From Bacteroidia bacterium (GTDB lineage Bacteria; Bacteroidota; Bacteroidia; CAIKAF01): a DNA stretch of 64,000 bases. Below, piece after piece: positions 19,201 through 29,979 of the stretch (position 1 is its first letter; every line of letters begins with the position of its first letter). Location of the stretch: contig JACVCJ010000014.1 in assembly GCA_016742095.1 (NCBI GenBank), positions 17,777-81,776 of the forward strand, given 5' to 3'. Made by a program: the position numbers and the translations under genes. The notes beneath the pieces were generated by a model. It saw only the letters and a program-made list of their open reading frames with translations, did not search any database and was not told the origin of the DNA.

Positions 19201-19272
19201 AAAAATTAACCTATTGCAAATGTAGATAATGTTTTGATATGCAGCAGGCTTTTTGCGTAGGGAGGGTACAAA

Positions 19273-19668
19273 TTAACTTTTGTATGCCGGGGAACGGGGG
19301 ATCTTCCGGACGGAATGCCGGTACAGGTAACTGAAGAACAGGATGAGCCCGGCCTGCAGCACCAGGCGCAGGAAGGCGGCCCAGAGGGGCATAACATCGC
19401 TCCACAGGTGCCATATGTGCAGAGGCAGGAAGGCCAGCATCAGGCACAGGGTAAAGAACGCAGCCCGGTGGCGGGTGGCCGGCAGCAGGAAAAGGATACC
19501 CGTAAGTATCTCTGCCACACCGGAAATATAGATCCAGCAGAGCATTCCGGATAGAAAACCCTCGGAGATCTGCAGGTAAAAACCCGGTTTCAGAAAGTGC
19601 ATAGCTCCGCCCGCGATAAAAAACAGGCCGCAGACAAGACAGAGTACACGGTAAACGGAAGCGCGCAT
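19273..19668 (-). CDS. small integral membrane protein (4 TM, DoxX-like)
   Basis: The internal ATG at 19668 of track ORF 19273..19950 gives a ~131-aa protein with four hydrophobic helices. The long N-terminal extension in the track is not convincing. Confidence 0.4.
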   Translation of the reverse strand: MRASVYRVLCLVCGLFFIAGGAMHFLKPGFYLQISEGFLSGMLCWIYISGVAEILTGILFLLPATRHRAAFFTLCLMLAFLPLHIWHLWSDVMPLWAAFLRLVLQAGLILFFSYLYRHSVRKIPRSPAYKS

Positions 19669-19737
19669 CACTGGATACAGGTATTTATCCTGTAGTATAC
19701 GTAAAAAACGACCCGCAGGTTCCGGGAATACGGGAAC

Positions 19738-20892
19738 ATGTGTATCTTCGTCCCTATGCCGCGCCTTCATCTTGTATCGTTCAATATTCCGTATCCGCCG
19801 GACCAGGGCGGACTGGTGGACGTATATGCCAAAATATGTGCGCTGAAGGAGGCCGGGGCCGAAGTGGTGCTGCACTGCTACGAGTACAACCGGGCACACG
19901 CACCGGAACTGGAAAAATACTGTGCGGAAGTGCATTATTACCCGCGGCATAAGAACCTGTTCTCCCTGTTTTCCCTGCTGCCTTTCATCGTTTTCAGCCG
20001 CCGTTCGGCCACGCTGGAAAAATACCTGTCAGAAGCTAAAAATGATGAGCCGGTATTGCTCGAAGGGTTGCATACGGCCTATTACCTGGGCAAGAAAGCT
20101 CTGCAGGGTAAAAAAGTGTGGCTGCGTACGCACAATGTAGAGCACCGCTATTATGCCGGACTGGCCGATGCAGAACCCGGACTGCTGAAAAAGTGGTTCT
20201 TCCGTCTCGAAGCCTTTAAGCTGAAACGTTTCGAACCGATACTTTCGGCCGCGGACGGACTTTTCTGTATCTCGGCCGCCGATGAACAGCATTTTCGTAT
20301 ACATAACAAAAACACCAGCCTGGTTTCTGCATTCCACCTGGAGAACGAGGTGCGCTCTCAGCCCGGGCTGGGCAATTTTGCCATGTACCACGGCAGCCTC
20401 GACGTTCCCGAAAATTACCGGGCGGCGCTCTGGCTGGTGAACGAGGTCTTTGCTGAAAGTACCGTACCCCTGCACATTGTGGGCAATCGTGCTCCCGCGG
20501 CTCTGCGGGCGGCCATCGATAAACATCCGCATATACGGCTTATGGAGAACGCCGGTCCGCAGCAGATACAGGAAATGATGACGGAAGCCCAGGTGCATGT
20601 GCTGCCCACTTTCCAGGCTACGGGTATTAAACTGAAGTTGTTGCACGCACTGTTCGCGGGGCGCTTCTGCATTGTAAATCCGCCTATGGTGCTGGGCACC
20701 GGGCTGGAAGAATATTGCACCCTTGCCGGCGATGCGGCGGAAATGCGTTACCAGGTTGAAAAATACATGCAACTGCCGTTTACGGAAAGCGATCTGCAGG
20801 CACGTAAAAAACTCAATGAAAGTATATTTGCCAACCGCGTCGGCGCGCGTACGGTCTTAGCGGGTCTGGGCCTCGCTCAGGATGCCGTTTGA
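19738..20892 (+). CDS. glycosyltransferase (GT-B fold, family 1/4-like)
   Basis: The 384-aa product has a GT-B architecture. An alternative start at 19756 is possible. Confidence 0.65.
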   Translation: MCIFVPMPRLHLVSFNIPYPPDQGGLVDVYAKICALKEAGAEVVLHCYEYNRAHAPELEKYCAEVHYYPRHKNLFSLFSLLPFIVFSRRSATLEKYLSEAKNDEPVLLEGLHTAYYLGKKALQGKKVWLRTHNVEHRYYAGLADAEPGLLKKWFFRLEAFKLKRFEPILSAADGLFCISAADEQHFRIHNKNTSLVSAFHLENEVRSQPGLGNFAMYHGSLDVPENYRAALWLVNEVFAESTVPLHIVGNRAPAALRAAIDKHPHIRLMENAGPQQIQEMMTEAQVHVLPTFQATGIKLKLLHALFAGRFCIVNPPMVLGTGLEEYCTLAGDAAEMRYQVEKYMQLPFTESDLQARKKLNESIFANRVGARTVLAGLGLAQDAV

Positions 20893-21537
20893 GCAGATGA
20901 GCGTGCGCGAAGGGTAGGCCCGCAGCAGGTCATAATCGTGCGTGGCCAGCAGTACCGATGTGCCTTTGGCCGCGATGTTCACCAATAGCCGGAGTATTTC
21001 GTTCGATGTTTCGGGGTCCAGGTTACCGGTAGGTTCATCGGCCAGGATCACTTCGGGGTTGTTGAGCAGGGCACGGGCCACCACCACGCGCTGTTGTTCA
21101 CCGCCCGAAAGTTCGTGCGGGTATTTGTGCAGCTTGGTCTTCAGGTTCACGCTTTCCAGCACTTCGGCTATGCGCTTATTGATCTCCTCTTTCTGTGTAG
21201 TACCGGTGGCGCGGAGCACAAAGGCCAGGTTATCGCCCACGGTACGGTCGGTAAGCAGCTGAAAATCCTGGAAAATAATGCCGATCTTGCGGCGCAGCAT
21301 GGGCACCTGTTTTGTTTTCAGTCCGTTCAGTTCAAAGCCGGCCACGTGTGCGGTACCTTCTTCCAGGGGCAGTTCACCGTACAGGGTCTTCAGCAGTGAA
21401 CTTTTACCACTGCCGGTTTTACCTACCATATATACGAATTCTCCGTCGCTGATCTCAAATCCCACGTTTTTCAGCACCAGGTTCTTGTCCTGGTAGATCT
21501 GAACATTTTCCATTTTTATTTTGGCTGTTTCCGGCAT
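20857..21537 (-). CDS. FtsE-like ABC transporter ATP-binding protein
   Basis: It has a Walker A motif (GKTGSGKSS), an ABC signature ([15 protein letters not shown]) and a Walker B motif ([11 protein letters not shown]). At ~220 aa it is FtsE-sized, and no permease gene is adjacent. Confidence 0.8.
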   Translation of the reverse strand: MPETAKIKMENVQIYQDKNLVLKNVGFEISDGEFVYMVGKTGSGKSSLLKTLYGELPLEEGTAHVAGFELNGLKTKQVPMLRRKIGIIFQDFQLLTDRTVGDNLAFVLRATGTTQKEEINKRIAEVLESVNLKTKLHKYPHELSGGEQQRVVVARALLNNPEVILADEPTGNLDPETSNEILRLLVNIAAKGTSVLLATHDYDLLRAYPSRTLICSNGILSEAQTR

Positions 21538-21753
21538 GCTTAATGTTTTTTAACGAGGGCTTTTATATCATTCAGCCCGGTATTGAACGTTACAAAGATG
21601 AGCTTTTGCCCGGGCGGAATACAGCAGGTCCTTAAATAATTATTAAATGCAGGCCGTTGAAAAATATGCCCTTGTACAAAAGAACGCCTGAGACAGCCTG
21701 TGTACTTTTACCCCGTGAACGTGTAATCAATCAAGAAATAAACTCGATCCAGA

Positions 21754-24700
21754 ATGCGTATGAATGTTCGTAAGGTGTGGTTCTCCCTGTTGCTCATCAC
21801 TCTCTCTGCCGCCGTACAGCCTTTGCTGGCACAGCGGAGCCGTATACATACCGAGCCCGATAAATTGTATAAGGATGCCGTGGAATTGTACCAGAAAGAG
21901 AAATATGCGGCCGCCTATACCATGTTCGGCGATTTTATGGAGAACGGACGTTACGGGCAGCGCCAGAGCCTGGTAGATGCCGAGTATTTCCGTGCGGTCT
22001 GTGCTACCGAACTTTTTTACAACAATGCCGAGGGACTGCTTACGGATTTTATCCGCAGTCACCCGGAGAGCCCGCTTTCTTCCAATGCGTATTTTCACCT
22101 GGGTAAAGTGGCTTTCCGTGCCCGGGATTATAAAAAGGCCTCGCAGTATTTCGACCAGGCCGATCCCAATACGCTGAGCCGCGCCGAATGGTACGAATAC
22201 TACTACAAATCGGGCTACAGCGCCTTCGAAAATAAAGATTACAAAAAGGCCCTGAACTATTTTGTAAAGATCAAGGATGCCGAAAGCGTGTACCGCGTGC
22301 CTGCCACGTATTACTATGCGCATATCCGTTACGTGGAGCAGAACTGGAACGAAGCGCTGAAAGCCTTTAAGTCCATCGAGAACGAGAAGGCCTTCCGCGG
22401 ACTGGTGCCCTATTACATTGCCCAGATCTACTATATGCAGAAAAAGTACGAGGACGTGATCAGCTATGCACGTCCCCTGGCCGATACCGTAAAGGGCAAG
22501 AACAGCGCCAATGTGTACCGCATCCTGGCCGAAAGCTATTACAATACCGGACGTTTTAAGGAAAGCCTGGAGTTTTATGATAAATACGCCGCGCTCGATG
22601 AGCTGGACCGCCTGGGCAATTACCGCTACGGTACCGCCCTGTATAAAAGCGGTTCCTACGAGGCCGCCTATGAACGCCTGAAACTGACCGTGGCCGAGGA
22701 AGACAGTATTTCACAGACGGCCTATTACCTGCTGGCCGACTGCGCCTACCGTACCGGGGACAAACGGAAGGCCGCCGATGCCTTTAAAATGGCGTACAAG
22801 CTCAATTTCGACAAAAATATGGCCGAAGATGCCCTCTTCAACTTTGCCAAACTGAGCTACGAGACCGACTACGATCCGTACAACGAGGCCATCCGCGCGT
22901 TGAAGGACTACCTGGACAAATACCCGGAGAGCAAACGGGCCGATGAGGCCTATTCCTTCCTGGCCGAAGTATTCATGACCGTGAAAAGTTATAAGGACGC
23001 CCTGGAGACCCTGGACAAGATCAAACGCAAGGACCCGCGCCTGAAGCAGGCCCGCCAGCGTGTGGCCTTCCTGTATGGCACGCAGTTCTTCGAAGAAGGG
23101 AATTACCCCGAGGCCATCAATTATTTTAACCAGGCTTCCGCTTCGGGACTTAATGACGTGGTAACGGCCCAGAGTATCTTCTGGACGGCAGAATCGTACT
23201 ACCGTACCGGCCGCATGCGCGATGCCGAGGAAGGTTTTTCCGAGTTCCTGAATACCCCGGGCGCCATGAGCAGCGGTCTGCGCGACGACGCCTACTACAA
23301 CCTGGGCTACATCTATTTCAAGGATAAAAAGTACCCGGCTGCCGGTGTGGAATTCCGCAAGTATGCCGATAACCGCAAGGCAAGCAACCCACAGCTGGCC
23401 GCCGACGCCTATAACCGGGCGGGCGACTGCTACTATGCCCAGCGTGAATGGAGCAAGGCCCTGGAATACTACGATAAGGCCTATGCCATTAAAAAGGCCG
23501 ATCCGGATTATTCCCTGCTGCAGAAAGCCACCATACTGGGCCTGCAGAAGAAACACGGCGAAAAGATGACCCTGCTTACCAAACTGCGTACCGATTATCC
23601 CAATTCGGTGTATACCGCCGAAGCCATGTACGAAAGCGGGGTAGCGCTGCAATCCCAGGGTAAAAAGAACGAGGCTGTTACGTATTTCGAACAGGTGATA
23701 CAAAAATACCCGAACGGCCCCTTTGCCAAAAAGGCCTACCTGAAACTGGGCCTGCACTACTACAACCAGGACCAGGACGAAAAAGCCCTGAGCTACTACA
23801 AACCCGTGCTGGAGCGCTTCCCGGGTACGCCCGAAGCCGACGAGGCCATTAAATACGTAAAGTTCATTTACATAGACGAAGGCCGCATCGACGAATTCAC
23901 CGACTTTATGCGCAGCGTAAGCGGGGTGAATTATACCGAATCTTCACTCGATTCCGTGGCCTTCCGGGCCGGGGAGAACAAATACCTGGCAGGCGACTGC
24001 GCCGGTTCCATCGTGAACTTTAACCAGTACATCACCAAATTCCCGGCCGGTACTTTCATTAAAAATGCCCATTACTACCGTGCCGAATGCCTGCGCGAAC
24101 AGAAAAAGGAAAAAGAGGCCCTGGCCGATTATGAGTACCTGATCGAAAACACACCGAACGATTACCTGCTGCTGTCGCTGGAACGCGCTTCAGACATCGC
24201 CTTTAAAGAAAAGGACTGGGAACGGGTACGTAAATATGCCTACGAGAACGAACGCCTGTCCGAAAAGGCGAATGTACGCCAGACCAGCATAGAACGTATA
24301 CTGCTGGCCGAATACGAACTGGCCAACTATCCTGCGGCCGCCATCTATGCAGGCAAAGTGTACGAGAGCGATAAATCGGCCAAAGAAGTAAAAGAATACG
24401 CAGCCCTGCTGGCCGCCCGCAGTGAAACAAAGGCAGGTAATGCCACCGCCGCCGAGATCTGGTGGAAAAAACTACAGGGACAGTCGAGCGCCATCGGTGC
24501 CGAAGCCAAATACAATATCTACACGGCCATGTTTTCCCGGGGCGAATACAAACAAACGGAGAAAAAGATCCTGGCCGATGTGAACAGCCTTTCCAACTAC
24601 GGCCTGTGGATGGGTAAATCCTTTATTATCCTGGGTGATGTATATGCTAAACTCGAGAATTTTGACCAGAGCATAGCCACCCTGCAATCGGTGATCGACA

Positions 24701-24822
24701 ATGCCGAAGACGCCGCCGTAGTGGACGAAGCCCGCCTGAAACTGGAAGAAGTGAAAACGGCACAGCGGATCAGGAACCAGCCGGCCAACAATAATTTTGA
24801 ATTTGACTTAAACGGAAATTAA
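21754..24822 (+). CDS. large secreted tetratricopeptide-repeat (TPR) protein
   Basis: The 1022-aa product has a signal peptide (..LSAAVQPLLAQ) and TPR-like A/Y/L periodicity throughout (AYYNLGYIYFKDKKYPAAGVEFRKY.., EAMYESGVALQSQGKKNEAVTYFEQVIQKYP..). Confidence 0.8.
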   Translation: MRMNVRKVWFSLLLITLSAAVQPLLAQRSRIHTEPDKLYKDAVELYQKEKYAAAYTMFGDFMENGRYGQRQSLVDAEYFRAVCATELFYNNAEGLLTDFIRSHPESPLSSNAYFHLGKVAFRARDYKKASQYFDQADPNTLSRAEWYEYYYKSGYSAFENKDYKKALNYFVKIKDAESVYRVPATYYYAHIRYVEQNWNEALKAFKSIENEKAFRGLVPYYIAQIYYMQKKYEDVISYARPLADTVKGKNSANVYRILAESYYNTGRFKESLEFYDKYAALDELDRLGNYRYGTALYKSGSYEAAYERLKLTVAEEDSISQTAYYLLADCAYRTGDKRKAADAFKMAYKLNFDKNMAEDALFNFAKLSYETDYDPYNEAIRALKDYLDKYPESKRADEAYSFLAEVFMTVKSYKDALETLDKIKRKDPRLKQARQRVAFLYGTQFFEEGNYPEAINYFNQASASGLNDVVTAQSIFWTAESYYRTGRMRDAEEGFSEFLNTPGAMSSGLRDDAYYNLGYIYFKDKKYPAAGVEFRKYADNRKASNPQLAADAYNRAGDCYYAQREWSKALEYYDKAYAIKKADPDYSLLQKATILGLQKKHGEKMTLLTKLRTDYPNSVYTAEAMYESGVALQSQGKKNEAVTYFEQVIQKYPNGPFAKKAYLKLGLHYYNQDQDEKALSYYKPVLERFPGTPEADEAIKYVKFIYIDEGRIDEFTDFMRSVSGVNYTESSLDSVAFRAGENKYLAGDCAGSIVNFNQYITKFPAGTFIKNAHYYRAECLREQKKEKEALADYEYLIENTPNDYLLLSLERASDIAFKEKDWERVRKYAYENERLSEKANVRQTSIERILLAEYELANYPAAAIYAGKVYESDKSAKEVKEYAALLAARSETKAGNATAAEIWWKKLQGQSSAIGAEAKYNIYTAMFSRGEYKQTEKKILADVNSLSNYGLWMGKSFIILGDVYAKLENFDQSIATLQSVIDNAEDAAVVDEARLKLEEVKTAQRIRNQPANNNFEFDLNGN

Positions 24823-24825
24823 GCC

Positions 24826-26526
24826 ATGAAGATGTCAGCACGCATATATACAGCCGCTTTTACCTTACTGTTCCTTGCCGCAAACGCCTTTTCGCAGACT
24901 CCGTCAGACAGTGTGACCATTACCGGGGGCTATGTGCCCGAACTGCGCGCCGTGGAAAAAATCGCCACACGTCCCGAAGTGGTGGACACTTTCAGCAAAA
25001 AACTGAAACCGACCTACGATATACGGCCCCGCATCGTGGATTTTTATTACATTCCCGATACGCTGAGCGCCGCCCGTATGAAGACCGAACCGCTGAAAAA
25101 ACTGCGTCGTTTCTATGTGAAGCTCGGCTTCGGCAACTACCTTTCGCCCCTGGCCGAAGTGCGTATGAACAGTCTGCGTAGCAAGCAGTTCCAGTACGAC
25201 GTATACTATAAGTACTTTGCCAGCTACGGTAAAAAACTGTTCTTCGGCAAGAACAAACCGCAGTACGGTTACCCGGGTATCCAGGACCACGGCGGAGGCG
25301 CCAATTTTTCGTATATGCTTAAAACGCATACCCTGGGCGTGCATGCCGGTTACCAGAGCAACCAGACCCATTTTTACGGCTACGACGCTTCACAGCCCGG
25401 CCTGGACACCATCGATAAAAAGGATATCCGCCAGAACTACCAGAAGATCGACATAGCCCTCAGCTTTAAGAACAACCGCCTCTGGGACAGCACCAGACTG
25501 ATCACCGAGAACTATATACGCTATTATTATCTTTTCGACCGCTACAAGGCCTCGGAGCACGGACTGGATATCCGCAGCGACTGGCGTAAAATGGTGGCCG
25601 GTTTCTTTGTGGGCGGAGCCCTGGGCGTGGAATACTATTCCTACAGGGCCGATACCGCCACGGGACGCTCTTTCCGGGGCGGACTGGTACACATAGACCC
25701 GTACATACGCGCCGGCAAGCGCATCTGGGACGTACAGGCCGGTCTGAATATCGCCTTTGGCTATGATACGCTCACCAAATTTTACATTGCACCCAATATA
25801 CGGGCCCGGGTAAATGCCTGGAAAGAACACGTGGTGGTATATGCCGACCTTACCGGGGGCGCCTACCGCAATACCTTTGACGCCCTGCGCCGTGGCAACC
25901 CGTTCATCGTGAGCCATGTGCCCGTACGCAATGCCTATAAGCCCATTGATCTGCTGGCCGGTATCCGCGGTAAATTCGCCAAAAACTTTTACTACAACCT
26001 GGGCGGCGGTTACGAAAAGGTCTTCAACAAGGCCTTTTATATGACCGATACCACCCGTGCCCTGGGCAATTACTTTACCGTGGCCTATGACGACCTGGGT
26101 ACCGGCAAGTTGTTTGCCGAACTGGGCTACGAACGCGGCGAAGTGCTGCGCGTGGGCATGCGTGTGAACGCCTACTTCCTGGACCCGGGCAATTTTGCAA
26201 AAGCCTGGTATATGCCCCAGTACGATGCTACCCTGAGTGCCATGTACAACCTGCGCGACAAGTTTATCTTTAAGGTGGACCTGTTTTACCTCGGCGATCA
26301 GTTTGCTCCGAAGTATACGCTCGATCCCAATACCATGGTGCGCAACCTGGAAGTGGTGCGCCTGCGTAACGCCATCGACCTGAACATTGGTGCGGAATAC
26401 CGTTACAATAAACTGCTCAGTTTCTTTATACAGGGGAACAACCTGGCCGGTTTCCGCTACAACCGCTGGCTGCAGTACCCCACACAGGGCGTAAGTGTAC
26501 AGGGCGGCATAACGCTCAGCTTTTAA
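24826..26526 (+). CDS. predicted outer-membrane beta-barrel protein, co-transcribed with the TPR protein
   Basis: The start lies 3 nt after the TPR stop. The 566-aa product has a signal peptide, alternating aromatic/hydrophilic beta-strand patterns, and a C-terminal ..GGITLSF ending in Phe, as outer-membrane-protein signatures do. Confidence 0.55.
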   Translation: MKMSARIYTAAFTLLFLAANAFSQTPSDSVTITGGYVPELRAVEKIATRPEVVDTFSKKLKPTYDIRPRIVDFYYIPDTLSAARMKTEPLKKLRRFYVKLGFGNYLSPLAEVRMNSLRSKQFQYDVYYKYFASYGKKLFFGKNKPQYGYPGIQDHGGGANFSYMLKTHTLGVHAGYQSNQTHFYGYDASQPGLDTIDKKDIRQNYQKIDIALSFKNNRLWDSTRLITENYIRYYYLFDRYKASEHGLDIRSDWRKMVAGFFVGGALGVEYYSYRADTATGRSFRGGLVHIDPYIRAGKRIWDVQAGLNIAFGYDTLTKFYIAPNIRARVNAWKEHVVVYADLTGGAYRNTFDALRRGNPFIVSHVPVRNAYKPIDLLAGIRGKFAKNFYYNLGGGYEKVFNKAFYMTDTTRALGNYFTVAYDDLGTGKLFAELGYERGEVLRVGMRVNAYFLDPGNFAKAWYMPQYDATLSAMYNLRDKFIFKVDLFYLGDQFAPKYTLDPNTMVRNLEVVRLRNAIDLNIGAEYRYNKLLSFFIQGNNLAGFRYNRWLQYPTQGVSVQGGITLSF

Positions 26527-26591
26527 CAAAAAAGTAGGAAAGCTGTGTGTAACCCGTGAAAAAAATAATTCGTTAACTTAGAGTGAATCTG

Positions 26592-26599
26592 TACTTTTG
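26592..26599 (+). promoter_or_regulatory. TAnnTTTG -7 element (TActTTTG) upstream of guaA
   Basis: It is read directly, 22 nt upstream of the ATG at 26622. Confidence 0.4.
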
Positions 26600-26621
26600 C
26601 AGCCTGATTTAAACACATACC

Positions 26622-28151
26622 ATGCACCAGAAAATTCTGATTCTCGATTTCGGTTCCCAGTATACACAGTTGATAGCCCGCAGAGTACGTGAATTGAACG
26701 TATACTGCGAAATTCATCCTTTCAACCATTTCCCGGAACCCGATAAATCGGTAAAAGGGATCATTCTGAGCGGAAGTCCGCATTCGGTGCGTGAAAAAGA
26801 TTCGCCCCGTGTACCGCTGGAATCCTTTTATGCCCATGCGCCTGTGCTGGGTGTATGCTACGGGGCCCAGCTCATTGCACACGAATACGGCGGCAAGGTA
26901 GAAAAAAGCAAGGTGCGCGAGTACGGCCGTGCCAACCTGGCCAAAGTAGAAGGCAAAAGCGAACTGATGAAAGGCGTTAAAAAAGGTTCGCAGGTATGGA
27001 TGAGTCACGCCGATACCATTATGGAACTGCCCGAAGGTTTCCGGATCATTGCCGGCACTGCCGATGTTCCGGTGGCCGCCTATAAAATAAAACAACAGGA
27101 AATATACGGACTGCAGTTTCACCCGGAAGTGTATCACTCGACCGACGGACTGAAGATCCTGGGTAATTTCGTATACGATATCTGCGGCTGCAAAGGCGAC
27201 TGGACGCCGGGCTCCTTTGTGGACGAAACCGTAGAAGGTCTTAAAAAACAGCTGGGCAAAGACAAGGTGATCATGGCCCTGAGCGGCGGGGTAGACAGTA
27301 CCGTGGCCGCCCGCCTCATTCACAACGCCATCGGCAAGAACCTGTATTGCATCTTCGTGGACAACGGCCTGCTGCGCAAGAACGAATACGAGAACGTACT
27401 GCATTCCTACAAGGATTTCGGGCTGAACGTGATCGGCGTGGATGCCCGCGAGCGTTTTTACAGCAAGCTGAAAGGCGTGAGCGACCCGGAGAAGAAACGC
27501 AAGATCATCGGCGGACTGTTCATCGAGATATTCGAGGAAGAATCCAAAAAGATAAAAGGCGCCAAATGGCTGGGGCAGGGCACTATTTACCCGGACGTGA
27601 TCGAATCCGTTTCGGTAAAAGGTCCTTCGGCCACCATTAAATCGCACCACAACGTAGGCGGACTGCCCGAAAAAATGGACCTGAAGATCGTGGAACCCCT
27701 GCGTACCCTGTTCAAGGACGAAGTACGCCGCGTGGGCCGCGCCCTTAAAATATCGTCTGAATTCATCGACCGCCATCCTTTCCCCGGACCGGGACTGGCC
27801 ATACGTATCCTCGGCGATATCACGCCGGAGAAAGTACAGATCGTACAGGATGCCGACGATATTTTCATCAGCCGTCTCAAAAAAGACAAACTGTACAAGA
27901 AAGTATGGCAGGCCGGTGCTATTTTCCTGCCGGTACAGTCGGTGGGCGTAATGGGCGATGAACGTACCTACGAAAACGTGATCTGCCTGCGTGCCGTGAC
28001 CTCTACCGACGGTATGACGGCCGACTGGAGCCACCTGCCGTACGAGTTCCTGGCTGCCGTTTCCAACGAAATTATCAATAAAGTAAAAGGTGTGAACCGC
28101 GTGGTATTCGACATCAGCTCGAAGCCGCCCGCAACCATCGAATGGGAATAA
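26622..28151 (+). CDS. guaA: GMP synthase (glutamine-hydrolysing)
   Basis: The 509-aa product has a class-I glutamine amidotransferase N-terminus ([21 protein letters not shown]..), a PP-loop SGGVDSTV, and the C-terminal dimerisation domain ending ..PPATIEWE. Confidence 0.95.
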   Translation: MHQKILILDFGSQYTQLIARRVRELNVYCEIHPFNHFPEPDKSVKGIILSGSPHSVREKDSPRVPLESFYAHAPVLGVCYGAQLIAHEYGGKVEKSKVREYGRANLAKVEGKSELMKGVKKGSQVWMSHADTIMELPEGFRIIAGTADVPVAAYKIKQQEIYGLQFHPEVYHSTDGLKILGNFVYDICGCKGDWTPGSFVDETVEGLKKQLGKDKVIMALSGGVDSTVAARLIHNAIGKNLYCIFVDNGLLRKNEYENVLHSYKDFGLNVIGVDARERFYSKLKGVSDPEKKRKIIGGLFIEIFEEESKKIKGAKWLGQGTIYPDVIESVSVKGPSATIKSHHNVGGLPEKMDLKIVEPLRTLFKDEVRRVGRALKISSEFIDRHPFPGPGLAIRILGDITPEKVQIVQDADDIFISRLKKDKLYKKVWQAGAIFLPVQSVGVMGDERTYENVICLRAVTSTDGMTADWSHLPYEFLAAVSNEIINKVKGVNRVVFDISSKPPATIEWE

Positions 28152-28166
28152 AACCTTTATAACCGG

Positions 28167-29810
28167 ATGAGAGTATTCTTTTTTATATTTTTCTCTATCG
28201 CCTTCGGTCTGCAGGCCCTGGCCCAGCAGGTATCGAACGTGACCGAAGTACGGAACGGCAAAAAATACTATGTGCACACTGTACAGAAAGGAGAGACCGT
28301 GTACGGCCTTACCCGCCTGTACAAAACTACGGAAGAGGCTGTTTATAAAGAGAATCCCGGTTCCCGCCAGGGCATAAAGGCCGGCGAGAAGCTGTACATC
28401 CTGTTCCCGGGTCAGCCGGAAAACAACAACAATACCCGGCTGCCGGTAGATCCGCCGCAGAAAAGTGTAAAACATACCGTACAGAAAGGGGAGACGCTCT
28501 ACGGCATCGGCAAACGCTACGGGGTTAGCGTAGACGCGCTGGTTGCGGCCAATCCGCAGGTAGAAAGCGGCCTGAAAGTGGGCGAGGTGCTTACCATCCC
28601 GGGCAGTTCACAGATCGTACTGAAAGAAGATACGCCGCCCGAAAAGGACGAAGAGCCGGAGACGCCCGTGGTGATACAGACCCCGGTGAAAGATGCCGGC
28701 AGCACCCGTATGCTGACCCGTGCGGAATGCGCCGCTTCGCCCGCCCGTAAAGACGAATACAACATTGCCGTGCTGCTGCCCCTGGGCATGGAAGCCGGTC
28801 CGCAGAACAAACAGGCGCGCATCGCTTTCCAGTTCTATGCAGGGATACGCCTGGCCATACAGAAATACGAGCCGCAGAAAGCCCGCATCAACTGGCGCTT
28901 TTTCTCCACCGGTTCCAAAATGGACGAGGCCTCGGTAAATGCCATCATTCAGAAACCCGATTTCCGCAAGTCAGACCTGATCATCGGCCCCCTCTACACC
29001 TCGGAAATGGGCCCGGTGCTCGAATATGCCGCACAGAACAAAACCCCGCTTATCAGTCCTTTTTCCCGCGGGAACGATATCCTGGAGAACAATCCCTATG
29101 TACTGAAGGCTTCACTTTCCGAAGAGACCTATACCTCGGCCGTGGCGCGTTTCCTGAACACCCGCTACAAAGCCGGCAAGGTGATCCTGCTGAATACCGG
29201 CCTCAAAAAAGACTCGGTGTTCTACCAGATGCTGCGCGATACCCTGGTGCTGAAATACCGCTTCGACAGCGTAAGCGCCAACCGCAACCTGGTGTACCTG
29301 CCCAAGGGCGGTAACGTGGCGGCTTTCGTGAAAAAAGGCGTGCCCAATATCTGTGTATATCCTACCAATAAAGAAATTACGGTCAATTCCTTCTTCTCCG
29401 GCATCAATAAAATAGGCAAAACGAACGACTTTGCCGTGCTGGGCGAGGAGTCCTGGTTCGGTTTCCGCAATTTCGACGTGGAGCATTTCAATAACTGCCG
29501 TATTCACATTCCGGTGATATATAAGACCTTCGACTGGGATTCCACGCATGCGTCCTTTATCCGGAACTTTAAAGAAGAATACAGCAGCGAACCGGAGTTT
29601 TACGCTTTTAGGGCCTACGAAACGGCCTGCCTGGCCATCGACCTGCTGGAACAGTACGGAAATGCCGCTGTGCCCTGTGTACAGTACGACGAGCGCAAGT
29701 ACCTGGTTACGCCTTTCCGCTGGCGTAAGCTGCCCAACGGCGGATTCGAAAATACGGGTATGGGCATGATGATCCTCGAAGACTATGAAATACGCTACGA
29801 GGCGTATTAA
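28167..29810 (+). CDS. LysM-domain protein with a periplasmic-binding-protein (type I) like C-terminal domain
   Basis: A signal peptide is followed by two LysM repeats (HTVQKGETVYGLTRLYKTTEEAV.., HTVQKGETLYGIGKRYGVSVDALVAANP..), a Pro/Glu linker and a ~350-aa PBP-like domain. Confidence 0.7.
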   Translation: MRVFFFIFFSIAFGLQALAQQVSNVTEVRNGKKYYVHTVQKGETVYGLTRLYKTTEEAVYKENPGSRQGIKAGEKLYILFPGQPENNNNTRLPVDPPQKSVKHTVQKGETLYGIGKRYGVSVDALVAANPQVESGLKVGEVLTIPGSSQIVLKEDTPPEKDEEPETPVVIQTPVKDAGSTRMLTRAECAASPARKDEYNIAVLLPLGMEAGPQNKQARIAFQFYAGIRLAIQKYEPQKARINWRFFSTGSKMDEASVNAIIQKPDFRKSDLIIGPLYTSEMGPVLEYAAQNKTPLISPFSRGNDILENNPYVLKASLSEETYTSAVARFLNTRYKAGKVILLNTGLKKDSVFYQMLRDTLVLKYRFDSVSANRNLVYLPKGGNVAAFVKKGVPNICVYPTNKEITVNSFFSGINKIGKTNDFAVLGEESWFGFRNFDVEHFNNCRIHIPVIYKTFDWDSTHASFIRNFKEEYSSEPEFYAFRAYETACLAIDLLEQYGNAAVPCVQYDERKYLVTPFRWRKLPNGGFENTGMGMMILEDYEIRYEAY

Positions 29811-29948
29811 GATTTCAACGTCCGGAATTCCCGCTTTTACTACACATTTTATCGGTTATTAACATATTCCTGATATAGGTTTCATGTTAAGAATTACGTA
29901 CATTTGGTATGCACGCAGATTAAGTCTTAATTTTCGTTAAATTATTCT

Positions 29949-29956
29949 TATATTTG
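29949..29956 (+). promoter_or_regulatory. TAnnTTTG -7 element (TAtaTTTG) in the AT-rich leader of the PKD/T9SS cargo gene
   Basis: It is read directly, 24 nt upstream of the GTG start at 29980. Confidence 0.4.
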
Positions 29957-29979
29957 TGTAAAGTAAAAAAGCTGAAGGC

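Noticed and set aside
22711-23757. 348-aa minus-strand ORF, plus 25390..26529
   Set aside because: Both are antisense to the TPR protein gene and the outer-membrane protein gene.
26523-28475. 650-aa minus-strand ORF
   Set aside because: It is entirely antisense to guaA, whose product is an unmistakable GMP synthase. It has low-complexity, Val/Phe/Gly-rich composition typical of GC-rich antisense frames.
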